Shown here one piece after another: positions 50,521 to 64,000 of a DNA stretch of 64,000 nucleotides. Below the pieces are notes generated by a model that saw nothing but the letters and a program-made list of their open reading frames with translations, ran no database searches and was not told the DNA's origin. This stretch comes from Paraspadella gotoi (lineage: Eukaryota > Animalia > Chaetognatha): contig CM119267.1 of NCBI GenBank assembly GCA_051294375.1, forward strand, positions 26,580,404 through 26,644,403, read 5' to 3'. Position numbers and translations under genes: made by a program. Within the stretch, counting starts at the first letter, position 1; every line of letters begins with the position of its first letter.

Positions 50521-51515
50521 GAGCTCCCAGAAATACCATGCATTTTTGAAAGTTCCTGATACCTGTAAAGTTTCTTGTGCCAAATTCAGTGGAGAAAACG
50601 AATATCACAATAAAAAATTTCCCTGATGCTCTTGATGATTTTCCACGCCAGTTTTTTCGTCGTACCACTTCCGGTTTTAAAAAATAAGGATTTTTGGAAA
50701 AAATGAGCTGTTATTCAGCCAGCATACTTAAATTATATCAAAATAAAGTTATTAATAACCTTATTACTAAATTTTTTGTTGTGGTTTTTAAATAAGGTTA
50801 AAAAATTATTATTAAGAAAGACTTCAAATTAGAAATTATTAGTTTTTTTAAGCCAAATCGTCCCTGACCAAATTACTTTACAAATTCTAATAAGATTTAT
50901 AAGAAAATATGATTTGGTTATATAAATAGAACTCTCTAAGGGATTTTAAATATTTAATCCTTAAGCCAGATATTGTCTTAAGGTTTGCCATGATCACAAA
51001 GAAGCAGCGAATTAGATAAAAGGCGCTTTGGCCTTTGTGGCTAGCAAGCCTCCCACTAACCTTAACCCTAACTCTCTCAACCAAAACCTTAGTCTAGGCC
51101 TTTTATTCATTTGCAAGCCTCAAATCTTTATCCCTAGTACAAGCCTTTCTAAGCTCGCTTATAACAAGATTAGTATTGTGATATTGCAATTTGGACAGGC
51201 TAAGAAAAGGACAGGAAGCTTGGGTTAGGGTTAGGGAAAGTACTGGGAGAGGAATTAAGAATTAAAACTTAGCCTATATGGATGGCGGGAAGAGGGATGC
51301 CTGAGTTGAGGCTCAGAGGTGAACCTCAGGCTGATGTGAGGGTTGGTGGAGAGGCTCTGGAGTGGATGCAGGGCTAGGGTTCTGGCATGATAAAACAGGA
51401 GGCCTAGGTTAGGGTTAGGGCTAGGAAGTGGCTCTCTGCAGATTTCACCAGCCAGGAAAACTGGTGAGGGTTGGATCAGGGACCGGTTTGGGGTTAAGGT
51501 TGAGCAGGAAGTACT
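50521..51515 (-). mobile_element. Second, truncated copy of the 671-2340 element, followed by the DIRS fragment
   Basis: Reverse complement of about 1380-2340, starting ta|gagctcccagaaataccatgc and including ttagggttaggg runs. Confidence 0.75.
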
Positions 51516-51525
51516 CGAGCGTTAG

Positions 51526-51948
51526 GTGTTACTAGAAGGATTAGGGGTTTTTTCTCTGGCGCCGGTTCTCGCGTTCCATTGGTTTGCACCTCCTCGCTGC
51601 CCTTCGCTCTCGCCTCAACGTTTTTCGGCTATTCTCTGGGCGCTCCTTTTTTTGGAGGCGGTCATTGACGCCCCGCCAGTATCTACATGCGCCATGGCGG
51701 TTTCGGAACTCTTCGATCTCGGCGTCGATCGCGGCATTATCTTTGGGGCCTGAGTCTTGTCCAGAGACCAGTCGTTCTTCCGGCTTTTCTGTACGGACGT
51801 CTAGTGGGGCGCCTTATTGGGCGTTTTTCGGGACTTTTGACGCGTCCCCCAGCCCAGCAGCACTTCAACGGAGTCGGCGCAACGTCGGGGCTGGGCCCTG
51901 CGGCAGCGCTGAGGCCGTGAGATAAGAAAAATAATTCCGTTCAGAATT
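51526..51948 (+). mobile_element. Degenerate 3' fragment of a related DIRS element (YR C-terminus, partial right ITR, right extension)
   Basis: AILWALLFLEAVIDAPPVSTCAMAVSE resembles 31053-31145; gacgcgtcccc...cagcacttc matches the right ITR start; ends gataagaaaaataattccgttcagaatt versus gataagaatcataattccattcagaatt. Confidence 0.8.
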
Positions 51949-52189
51949 TTATATTTTAAATTTGCAAACAGGGATTAGGGGTAGGTAAAGTTTTGGGGGT
52001 TTAGGGTTAGGCATTAGAGTGATGTAAAAATGATAAAATTTTTGAAAATTAAAATTTAGCATATAAAACATGAACGTAAATAGCGGAGGCCGACCGAATT
52101 AAAATTTTAATGGGAACAGCATTAAACTAATCCATTATTGGTATTAATTATTGCGTTAAAATATTTTTTTGCAAAAATGTTCCGAACCA

Positions 52190-53857
52190 TGAGTAATTCG
52201 CTAATTAATATTATTATATTGCTATATAATGTCAAAAAATTGTTTTGGATATTTTAAGTTTTTTTAATTGATTTTGATAGAGCTTAAAAAGTTAAGCAAA
52301 AAATATAATTATATCTTTTATTTGAAATTAAAGACGAAATCTTTTACATCAACAATTTTTATTTTTAAAGGTGCATACAAGTTTTGGCTTTCATTCAAGC
52401 CTTCATCAGTGCTTTGACAATTCACAATTTGATCTTTTTTTAAATTGACTTTGGGAGAGAGAGAGAGAGAAGAAATGGCCAACAAAGATGTGAGACAGGA
52501 CAGTGGTGAAATGTGAGGACAGGTTTAAGAGAGAGAGAGAGAGAATGTGAGGGAAAAGAAATTAAATTTTGTGAGAGAGAGAGAGAGAGAGAGACAGAGA
52601 AGCAGAGGTAAACATTTGGTAGGAAAATTACATTAGATAATGTACAACAATAGTAAATTTAATAAATAAGTAAAAATAATTAAACAAACTAAATGATTTA
52701 AATTAATTCAGATTAAAATAAAGTGAATAAAGAAATGAAATTTAGATGAAATGGAAATAAGGATGTTGAGGGATAGGTAAGTAAAAGAGTAAGTGAAAAA
52801 TAAGAAAAAGAAAAAGCTCAAAATGAGCTGGCCCCCCTGGGTCAACAATGGGGGATGCTGGCGATGTGGTCGGATCATTGGTTTGTCATAGGCTGAGAGG
52901 CTATTGTGGTGGAGTGCGACATGGACGGGCCAAGTGCAACTCGAATATCTCTCAGGCCTGATAAACCTGCCAACGGCCCTTGTCTCGCCTGTTGGCGAGG
53001 CGGGCGGTGGTCTGTTCTTGCCTGTTTTGCAACGGGAGTTACAGACTCCCTCTCCTCCTGCAACCGTTTTTTTGGTGGGCGCCCGGTCCGAGGAGAGTCG
53101 GACTGGGTTGTTGGAGAGGATGAGGCATCGGACATCCCTTGCGTATCGTATTTTCAGCTTTTTCTTTTTCTTATTTTTCACTTACTCTTTCACTTACTTA
53201 TCCCTCAACATCCTTATTTCCATTTAGTCTAAATTTCATTTCTTTATTCACTTTATTTTAATCTGAATTAATTTAAATCATTTAGTTTGTTTAAGTCTGT
53301 TTACTAAATTTACTATTGTTGTACATTATCTAATGTATTTTCATACCAAATGTTAACCTCTGCTTCTCTGTCTCTCTCTCTCTCACTCACAAAATTTAAT
53401 TTCTTTTCCCTCACATTCTCTCTCTCTATCTCTCTTAAACCTGTCTTCACATTTCACCACTGTCCTGTCTCACATCTTTGTTGGTCATTTCTTCTCTCTC
53501 TCTCTCCCAAAGTCAATTTAAAAAAAGATTAAATTGTGAATTGTCAAAGCACTGATTAAGGCTTGAATGAAAGCCGAAACTTGTATGCACCTTTAAAAAT
53601 AAAAATCGTTGATGTAAAAGATTTCGTCTTTAATTTCAAATAAAAGTTATAATTATATTTTTTGCTTAACTTTTTAAGCTCTATCAAAATCAATTAAAAA
53701 AACTTAAATTATCCAAAAAAATTTTTGACATTATATAGCAATATAATAATATTAATTAGGGAATTACGTTATCTAATGTATTTTCATACCAAATGTTAAC
53801 CTCTGCTTCTCTCTCTCTCTCTCTCATTCACAAAAGTTAATTTCTTTTCCCTCACAT

Positions 53858-53888
<31 letters not shown>

Positions 53889-54095
53889 CCTGTCCTCACA
53901 TTTCACCACTGTCCTGTCTCATATTTTTGTTGGCCATTTCTTTTCTCTCTCTCTCTCCCAAAGTCAATTTAAAAAAGATCAAATTGTGAATTGTCAAAGC
54001 ACTGATAAAGGCTTGAATGAAAGCCGAAACTTGTATGCACCTTTAAAAATAAAAATGGTTGATGTAAAAGATTTCATCTTTAATCTCAAATAAAA
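52190..54095. mobile_element. Penelope-like pseudo-LTR cluster: inverted pair plus tandem copy, three mutated hammerheads
   Basis: About 52190-52830 is inverted relative to about 53150-53765; 53769-54095 repeats 53326-53645 directly; hammerhead motifs at 52372-52412 (-), 53549-53588 (+), 53999-54038 (+). Confidence 0.65.
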
Positions 54096-54449
54096 AAAGA
54101 TTTAAAATTTTTGATAATTCACTTTTGACTCTCTTAATTGAACCAAGGCTCGGTACCTTAATTTTTATGTTAGAGCTTTCTTAAGTATATCATTCTCTTC
54201 ATTTTTTAAAGGGCTTTCTGAGGATATTAATATTGTTAATATTTTATTAATACTTTGTTTAAAAAAGTGCTAAAAGTTAAAGAAAAAAAAAATTTAAAAT
54301 CAGTGAGTTGGAAAATGAAACCCGATTTTACAAGCCAACTTTTTCTACTCATTGTCAAGGCATATCTTAACCAGGGATGCTGGAGGCGCTAAATTTCGCC
54401 CGCCTCCCGAGACCCCCCTCGCCTCCGGTTTTGGTTCGCCTCTCATTTT

Positions 54450-56843
54450 AAGTACGGATCTGCTTATCAGCGGATCCGACTCTATTAATCACTTTTCTAT
54501 AATCCTTTTTTCGTCGTCTGGTCGCCCCTCAATATTGTACCGGGCACAACACTTATTCATGTCAGACAACATCGGAATTATTGATAAATTATTGCAAAAA
54601 AAATGGATGTCACGTGCCGTCCGTCTGTCACGTCCGTCGTCCGTCCGATCCGTCTTCTCAGGTCCGTCCCACCTTAAGCAAAAACACCATTACTCGTGAT
54701 TGGAATGGATGATTTAAATGAAATTTTGTGTGAGGATAGGTAGTAACGTGTGTGGTGATTGACGATATGAAGTTTCGATTGGAATCGTCCGAGTGGAACA
54801 CTGAGTTTTAAATGGAAAAACAAAAAAATATAATTCACATAATTTGAGATACCAATTGCTCATGAGTGGATGGGCTGATTGACCTGGAAATTTTGTATGT
54901 GGGTAGGAAAGTGTGTGATGAACAGGAATCAGAGTTTCGATGGAATAGTTTGAGTGGAAATGAGTTTAAATGGAAAAAAACAAAAAACTGTTTTACTAAG
55001 TTGATTATGCTTCTTTTTCCTTTTATATAAATGTATCTGCAGGATTTTAATGAAATCGAAATAATTAATCAGTTGTAATGTACTCAATTAGTAAATAAAG
55101 ATTAATCAAGTAATTATGCATTAATTAGTTCAATTCAATCCGATCCATATCCCGGGTTTTTTTGCCCATTTAGCAACAAAGCGTCCAATAACTCGTGATT
55201 GGCTGTTGGATTGGAATTAAATTTGTGTGTGTGGGTACGGATAGGAGGTGGTGGTGTATAAAGCTGGATATGATTAATTTTTCGATGGAATCGTGTGAGT
55301 GGAAATTTAGTTAAATGGAAAAGAAACATAAGTCGAATTTACTCTAAGTATTCTTTACTTATTTGTTAACCAATAAATATCTTCGCAATTTATCATAGAT
55401 TGGATGGATAGATTGAGTTGAAATTTTTGGTGTTGTGGGTAGGAAAAACGTATGACGAAGCTTGATATAAAGTGTCAGTGGAGAACGTACCAAGTTGTGG
55501 TAAACGTTTGAGGTTTTAAAATGTGGAAAAGAACTGTATGAGTCACATTTACCTTCGAAGATCTTTTTATTTATCTTACGCGCGCAGTGATCAGATTGAG
55601 GATGAGATTTGTGAGCCGGGGTATTGAATGTGAAGGTGCAAGATAAGCTAGATATATATGATGAGGTTGTGACGGAATGCAAGTTTGAAAAATTTATGCA
55701 AGTTGAAAAAATGATAGCAAGTTAAAAATCTGTAAAAGCATAAGGTCGTCGCTAATTGCATAAAAAGAGAGAGAGATGAGAGAGAAAGAAGAGACGTGAG
55801 AGAGAGAGAGATGAAGGTGACAAAAAAGAGAGAAAGGAGAGAGAGTGGAGAGAGGAGAGAGAGAAGGAGACATTAACAATTAAAAAATCTGCTAAAAGAC
55901 GTCAAGTATCGAGCCAGAGCCCCACTATCATAGAAAATTAGCTGAAAAATAACCGGGAAAAAAAACGGAATTGAAGCTGATCATGCGATAAACGAATTGT
56001 TGATCGTATAGTATTGATGTGAGGTAATACTGATTGATTATGTAATAGTGAATTTATTGATGTAATGGGGAATCGTGATTATTGATTGCTGATAATCAAT
56101 TATTGATGCGGATATGTCATTGGTGACTACTGCTGTGATGAATAGTCATTCAGTGAATGGCCGATCGATTGTCATTCATTGATGCGATGATTGTCCTTCA
56201 TTGATGGCGATGATAGTCAATAAAACAAACAATGCGTGTATAGTGAAAGAGAGAGAGATAAGAGGAGAAGAGAGAGAGAGAGAAGAGACGAGAGAGAAAA
56301 AAGAGAGAGAGAGAGAAAGAGACGAGAGACAGAGAGAGAGAGAGAGAAGGAGAAGATATAGGAATAGGAATCCACGAGAAATCTCCTGGATGAAAATATG
56401 GGATTTTGTATTGGAAAAAAGCGGCGGAATAAATGGCAAATAATAAAGGTTTTAGAAAGGAAAAAAAATAATCAGAATTTTCCAAAAAACAAACGATCAC
56501 TGCAAAAGATCGGACAGATAGGGACAGACAACAAAAACACACAGAGAGACAAGGCAGAGAGAGAGAGAGAAAAAGAGGAGAGAGAGAGAGAGAGAGAGAC
56601 AGGCCGCTGGCCAGAGAAAAGAGAAAGAGAAAGAGCGATAATATAATAATCTAAAGAGAGAGAAGAGAGAAGCTCTATATCAGCCCCTTTACCTCGTTAA
56701 AGAATCAGCAGTACTTATGGCGGCCGGCACGTAGCCGTGAGCTATTCTCTAACCCAAAGGACCCGGGTTGCGCCCTGTTCGCGGCATCGATTTTTTACAT
56801 TAGTGACCCACATTATAGTCTAAAAAATTTTTTGTAAAAAAAA

Positions 56844-56881
<38 letters not shown>

Positions 56882-57430
56882 AAGAAGTGGACTAACGCGG
56901 CTGCAGAGCCGGAACTCGTTTTTAGAAGAAGCAGTGACGGGAGAAAAAGAGAGAGAGAGAGAGAGCGACATATAGATTAAAACGTTTTTGTTTGAAATAA
57001 AACAAAACAAATACCAATATGATATGAAACTGAGAATTTTAAAGAATTGATGATTAGAAGCCATAATAAAAATTCACTCCCTATGATATCACACTTTCAG
57101 AAGCCATGATTGACAAAAAAGCGAGACCGAAAGCTAAAACCGAGCAAAAAACTAGACAGGACGGGCTATTTGCCCGCCTGGCTCGATAATAAGAGGATAT
57201 TTGTTTGTTTTTGATTAAAATGTAAACAAACATTTGAATAACTGTCCTGGCTCATTTTAAGGACATCGATATGACAAAGCTGAACATAAATTATAGATTA
57301 TCATGCTATTAATTAATTAAATTAATTAATTAATCTATAATTATTAATTAAATCTTTAAATTGTTATTAATCATTAGATTAAATTAATTATCCGTAGGCA
57401 GATCCGACACTTGTTTGCTCATTCTTGTTT
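54450..57430 (+). mobile_element. Second (indel-rich) copy of the family A composite
   Basis: Collinear with 31685-34340 but with different flanks (a CGCCTC-rich repeat on both sides). Confidence 0.65.
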
Positions 57431-59419
57431 TAGCCCGGATCGCCTCCACGTTCGCCTCCGCGTTCGCCTCTTTAACGCCTCGGCGGTTTTGTTTAAAAAT
57501 TTATTTATAGTTTTTGTATTTGATAATATTTTTTTTAAATTAGATCAATGGATCATGAAAAAACTTTCAATTTGTATGTTTAAAATATGATAAATATAAT
57601 GTTTTTTATTTTTTTTAAATGTAAACTTTTTAACTTTTTTTAATCTTTTTAACAAAAAATATATTTTAAACAATTTTTGCAAGACATTTTGGAGAGAGAG
57701 AGAGAGAGAAAAAGAGAGAGATAGAATGAAAAAGAAAAAAAGAAATAGAGAGAGAAAGGGATAAAGCTCAAAAATATTTAGGAAAAGAATGTATTAGTTG
57801 AAAATAAGGACAGGCTGAGAATAAGGACAAGATTTTTCTTATATGACTTTATTTCATTTTTTCTATTCACTCTTCATCTTTCTGTCTTAAAAAGAATAGT
57901 AAAAATTCTAAATTTAACTTTAATAAAAATCTCTAAAAGTAAAGAAATAAACAACATCATATTATGAATATTTATTATATAAAAATTGTGATTAATAATT
58001 TTTTGTAGTAAGCAATATTTATGAATAATATTCACCCAAGGGCATAAATTGAGAATGGGGGAAAAAATCTGTCCTCACTTCTATACGGTACCGAGACACC
58101 CCATAAGAAAATAAAAATAACCCATTTTTGAAACACAAAAAAATTAAAAAGAATAGTGTTTTTAATACTACATTGTATAGTGAAGTCAAAAAATTTATGA
58201 TTCAAGTTTTTTATTATTGAATTTTAAAGTTTTCGCGCTAAATACACCAAAAACACAACGAAACGAAAGGGAATACCACCTTATGGCTACTAAATCAAAA
58301 GTTTTGTTATGAATTTTTTATACAAAAACCATGTCGAAAAACTTAATCAACGACTTTGTCTCATTTTTATTTATTCAAGGATTTATAACTTTCTCTTATA
58401 TCAATCATTATCTACTAAAAGAAAGCTTTAATTTGAACCCATTCTCATAAGCCTACGATTATTTGTTCTCAAGTTATTAATGAAAATACTCAAATTTATT
58501 GTAAAAATGGAACTAACAAACAATTTGATAATTAGTATATGAAAAAGACTTATTCATTTCTTATTTAATAAAAACTATAAATGTAACATACTATTGTTTA
58601 GATTTAAAGTAAACCTAATTTTTAAATTTTTCTTTAACATAATAACTCAATCAATAACAATGCTTGGTTTGGAAAACCTTTCTCTCTCTCTTTCTTTTTT
58701 CTCTTTTGCTCTTCTTTCCACTCTCCCTCTTTCTTTCAAAAAAATCTGTACAATTTTCATAACTCTGTTTTTTCTTTTTTTATAGCATAGATTTATCATT
58801 CGATGTTTGGATATGCTGGACTTATCGACAAGTTTTGGGGTGGGATTCGATGGACCAAAAAAGTGAAATTATAAAGCCAAGATCTGCTAAAAGCAGATCC
58901 AGCTAAAAAAAAACTTCTTAAAAGCAAAGAAAAACAAATAAAATAAAATAAAACAGACAAAAGATAAAGAAAGAAAAAATATTTTAAAATTCATATCATA
59001 AGAATGACTTTTGGTTTGCACTGCTGATTAATTATTATTAAACTATTAATTCTTTAATTTAATTCTATTGATCAAGTCTTTTTATTGGTCGGTCTGTCTA
59101 TCTTTTTCTTTTTTCCCTTTACCTTTTTTCATCCTTCTTCCTCTCCATTTCCCTGTGCCCTTATTACATAATTCATTTTTGTTTTCAGGCAATGCACTTA
59201 GATTGCCAAAATCTGCAGCTATTACAAATGCTAAATAATACTAAAATATATTTAAAAAAAACTTGACAAGTATATTAGCCATTTTGTCTTTCATATTAAT
59301 TTAATTTATTTTAATTAAATAAAATACTCTCTCTCCTTCTCCCTTCTTTTTTTCCTTTCTTTTCCTTTTTTTCTGCCTTTTTTTCAGCCATACCTCTTTT
59401 CTTTTTCTATCTCTCTCTG

Positions 59420-60210
59420 TGTTGAAACTAAGTTCGGAGAAGTGGCGTCTTTGAATTCTAACTGACTGGGCTAATTCTGCTCATTGAAGACGAAATGAAT
59501 TCGGGTATAAATGGCGCAGAAGAGACGATGGCGCCGGTCAAGACGCCCTGGAGATGACGACGACAAAGTCTCGGCAGAACGTCGGCTAAGGCCGAAAGGA
59601 CGACGATCTACGAAGCCCAGGACTTGACGAAATGTCTGTAGTAAGTCTGTAGTTGCTTGAGCAGATAAGTCTGTAGCAGTGTAGTTGTAGTCTGTAGAGG
59701 CAGAGTCTGTAGTTAGAAGTCCTGGGCAAGGAATAACAAAACATTTAGTACAAACTCAGCAAATATATATAAATTTAAAGTGTCTTTCTTACTTGTTTCT
59801 GAAGCCAATATTAACCAAAAAAGAATTGCTTCTCTTCATAGAAAAGTCCACAAAACCAGCGATCACACAAAAAATAAGTTTCCGAGATATCTAAATAAGA
59901 GTTTCTAATGCTCTGAAAAAGAACTAAAAACCCAGTGACAACTTTGAGATCTGAAGATGCCACGTGGGTAGAATTCGATTAGAATCTTAATCGAAATCTA
60001 TCGAAATCACGGGCACCAATCAGAATCAGCTGTACACTGCCTTCGGAAATCTATACTTAAGTATAAACAAAAGAAAGAGCCTAAAGATGTCATTGTGATC
60101 GCTAGAATGGAAGCATTTTCGATGCCAGTAACAAAGAACAAAAGAGCATTGGGAGAAAAGATAGAGAAGCTGGATTTCCTCGTAATATTAAAGATAGTTA
60201 TTTCGTAACA
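59420..60210. mobile_element. Probable solo LTR inserted in a (CT)n tract
   Basis: Begins TGTTGAAA and ends TTTCGTAACA (TG...CA with a short inverted repeat); unique, higher-complexity interior with a TATA-like run; TSD ambiguous because of the microsatellite. Confidence 0.45.
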
Positions 60211-63200
60211 CTCTCTCTCTATATTTTTTTTCTCTCTGTCTCTCTCTATCTCTCTTACTCTCTCTCTCTCTGGCTTTCTCTCTCTCTTGGTCTCTCTCTC
60301 TCTCTTGGTCTCTCTCTCTCTGGCTTTCTCTCTCTCTTGGTCTCTCTCTCTCTGGCTATCTTTCTCTCTCTTGGTCTCTCTCTCTGGCTATCTTTCTCTC
60401 TCTGTCTTGCTCTCTCTCTTGCACTCTCTATTTGCGCGCTCTCTCTGTCCACACTGCTTCCTTCTCTCCCTCTCTCTTTAAATTATATTTTTTTCATTAT
60501 CTAGCAATAATTCACATTCATTTTTTGAAAAGTTGTTTTTTCAGTTTTTTTATATTTTTGCTTTATATTATTTATATTTTAATATATATACTATTTTTTA
60601 AAATTAAAATTCCAAAGTCAGGAGCAAGATAACTTATTTATTAAATGAATGGATAATTGTTATATTGTTTGTACCAATTTCATGAATTGTTTTTTATAAA
60701 TAAATTGATAATATAAATTTTAATATAAAAATTAAAACTGTATAAGTTAAAAGGTAATATAAATTAAAAAAATTACCAATAAAAAAAAATACAAGTTAAA
60801 AAAATGAAGCAAGTTAAAAAAAATGAGGCCAGTTAAAAAAAAGATGCAATTTAAAAAATGATACAAGTTGAAAAATAATGCAAATTAAAAAAATATTACA
60901 AATTGAAAAAATGATGTAAGTAAAAAAAATGATGCAAGTTTCAAAAATAATGCTAATTAAAAAAATAATGCGAGTTGAAAAATGAAATGAATTAAAAAAT
61001 GATGCAAATTAAAAAAATAATACAAATTTAAAAAAATATGCAAGTTTAAAAATGAAGCTAGTTTTAATTAATAAAATGAATAAATAGAATAGAATTATGA
61101 ATAAATGATTTAATTAAATATTCATAGGAATAAATTAACTAATTAATTATCTTTTATTTAAAATAAAAAAGGAATAAATTGAGTGAATGAATGTATTAAA
61201 AGAAAAAGATATAAAAATATATGCTTATGTACAACAACTTATTAGATAAAAAAATTATAAACAGAACTAGAAATATTTTCTTTTTGAATAAAAATATATT
61301 AATATAAAACCAATGGCAGCTGATAAACGCTTCATTCTAAATTTGAAAAAAAGAACAATTTTTGGAACAATAGAAAGGTTATAATTTGGCAAAAACCTTT
61401 TGATTTTCGCCTATAAAAACAAAAGCTCAAGAGGCAAACGCGCAACGTTTTTTGCGCCTCCGCATTCGCCTCCCTTCTCCCCAATTTTTGTCTGTAGTCC
61501 GCTTTCGCCACCTCAAAAAACATGCCCCTCCGCGCGTTTTCACTCCGCCTCCCGGATCGCGTCTGCATCTCTGATCTTAACTGATCAATATAAAATTTGA
61601 ACACATAAATGACTTTTATATTTTCTACTCAACTAATTTTTAAAATCAATGAAATAACCACTGGTTTTCAAATGACAGCGTATTTCTACCGGCGCTTGTA
61701 AAATTGTCACCATAACTGTTAAGGTAGTTAAGTAATAACTTTTTTTACCAATAATAATTTGATCCATTGTTACTAAGAAGAAGAGAAAATCCCAGCTTAT
61801 GGCAACAGCCGGGTTGCCTGTGATGTCCATTGGGGGCTTCCAACCCTCAGTGTTGCCTTCAGTCACTGGCGCGGTTACCCTAGTTGTTAGGACTGTGGAT
61901 GGAACACAACGCCTGGGATGGTGTGTTACTCTCTGAGCCAATGGTATTGGCTGAATGATAGTGGATGTGAGGCGACGTGAATATACCGCCACAAGTTTGT
62001 GAATGTACAATTTTACCCAAAATGACCAAAACTCATTTTTTGTTTTTCCTTAGATAAAACTGCGACTTGGTCCGTTCCACCTGGCCCCGGGACTATTTCC
62101 GCCCGTGAGGGACACTCCTTCGCCTGCGACGCCGAGCTGAAATTTCGACTTATGGGCAACGGGCTCAACGCCACGCTCGAAACCTTTGATCTAAGGGTCA
62201 TTATCATTCCCTCGTTTATTCTTTGTAACTCTAACTTTTCAATCATTTACCCAGTTCATTATCAATCAATTGGCCTATTGAAGAGACAGTAATTATTGTT
62301 GTTAGTGACAGAACCGTTCAAAATAAACAGTCCCTGAGCTTTGGATCAGGCTGTAACACCGTGTTACAGGCGGGTTAAGCGCCCCGTCTCTCTTAACTAC
62401 TAGGCGATCACAGGGCTAGAACCCCGGACCTTTGGGTTGGGAGGCGAATGACTTGCCTCCTGCACCAATGGCAGCTGATGAACGTTTGGTGGATTTTAGT
62501 CCACCATACTATTTTGTTTCTACTCAGTGAGTAGAAACAAACCTTTACTATTTCATTCTCAATCACTTTTATAAGCAGATCCTGACTCTATAATTCACTT
62601 TGTCGGTACGTCGGTCCGCCCCCTCAATCTTGTCGGGCATTCACTTATATCATGTCAGAACATCGAATTATAATAAATTATGCAAAAAAAAACGATGACC
62701 GTCCGTCTGTCTGTCCGTCCGTCCCAACTTAGCAAAAAACACCAATTACTCATCATTGGATGGATGGATTGGAATGAAATTTTGTGTGTGGGTAGGGAAG
62801 TGTGTGATTGAGCTGGATATGAAATTTCGTTGGAATTGTCAGAGTGGAAATGAGTTTAAATGGAAAAAACAAAAAATATATTACACTATTCGAACACCAA
62901 TTACTCACGAGTGGATGGGGCGATTGACTTGAGAATTTTTATTGGGTAGAAAAGTGTGTGATTAAACTGGAAATCAAATTTCGATGGAATCGTTTGAGTG
63001 GAAATGAGTTTAAATTGAAAAAGCAAGAACCTGTTTAACTAAATGATTATGCTTCTTTTTCTTTTATTTTAAATCTAAATGCAAGATGTATTAATTTATC
63101 AAATAATTAACCAGTTAATAATCAATTAGTCAATTAAATAATAAATAATTAATTAATCAGCAATTAATCAATAAAAACAAACATTTCGGATCAAATAGCC

Positions 63201-63579
63201 TAATTAATTAAATATTAACTGAATTAATTAATTATTAATTAATTAATTACCGATAATGATTGTCGGACGATCCAACATTGTTTGCTCAAACTTGTTTTTA
63301 CTAATTTTTATTCTAATCAATTTGCTTATTTATTCCTTAGGTTTATCACTTTGCTAAGTTCATTCTCAATCATTTTTATTAATTAAATTAAAATAATTAA
63401 ACTCGGACAGACGCTGGGTTGGCAAAAACTGGGTTTTTGTTTTTTTTTAAATTATAGATAGCATATTAATTTTTTTTAAGATACAAATTTTTATATTAAT
63501 TTCCTTTCTTTTCGTTGTTTTTGCAAATTAGAGAAAGACAAAGTTTATTTGTTTATGTACAACGATTTTATTTTTACAT

Positions 63580-63620
63580 AGGACATGTTTCGGCTTTAAG
63601 TATAAGCCTTCATCAGCGTT
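63580..63620 (-). ncRNA. Minimal hammerhead ribozyme motif in a Penelope-like repeat (about 63495-64000)
   Basis: Minus strand: g CTGATGA a ggctt-atactta-aagcc GAAA catg TC c; helix I weak. Confidence 0.62.
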
Positions 63621-64000
63621 TGATTAATCAGACAAATTTTTCTCTTAACATTGAGTCAGAGAGAGAGAGAGAGAGAGAGTTGAGAGAGAGAGAGAGAACA
63701 GAGAGAGAGAGAAAAGAGAAGAGAGAGTAAAGCTTCCAACAAAGGTTGAGATAAGGACAGTGGTCAGATGAGGACAGGTGAAGGTAAGGAGAGAGAAGAA
63801 GAGGAAAGTGGTTGAAATGTGAATAGTGAAAATTTGAAGAGACAGAGAGAGAAAATATTTACGTTTTTTGTAATGTACAACAAAGATAAAGAATAATAAT
63901 TCAATAACAACAAATAATATACTTAATGCTTAAACTAGTAGATTTAACGAGAAATATTTTAACTAGTTTTTAATTAAGATTGAAATAAGAGAAAGAGAAA

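Overview
AT-rich, repeat-dense animal (eukaryotic) genomic DNA from a gap-filled draft assembly (N-gaps at 1517-1541, 3892-3901, 7341-7365, 11291-11315, 20717-20741; several blocks look like noisy long-read fill). Host genes are GC-richer islands on the + strand: the 3' exons of ERCC6/CSB (including a probable GC-AG intron), ATP23 starting only about 200 bp downstream with a repeat-stuffed intron, a LAMP-like mucin-stalk gene, and an orphan reading frame with one internal stop. The rest is nested mobile DNA. It includes a full-length DIRS-type tyrosine-recombinase retrotransposon (26187-31523) whose empty target site is visible in the adjacent duplicated block, at least three Helentron/DINE-1-like non-autonomous families, Penelope-like remnants carrying minimal hammerhead ribozymes, long-TIR/foldback elements (one with telomere-like repeats), tRNA-derived SINE heads and minisatellites. 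The most unusual item is the DIRS architecture: the internal complementary region lies upstream of gag rather than beside the right ITR, it is preceded by a second divergent methyltransferase-like module, and the recombinase has G-x-x-R in place of H-x-x-R. All alignments and translations outside the supplied ORF track were done by eye; repeat boundaries are approximate.
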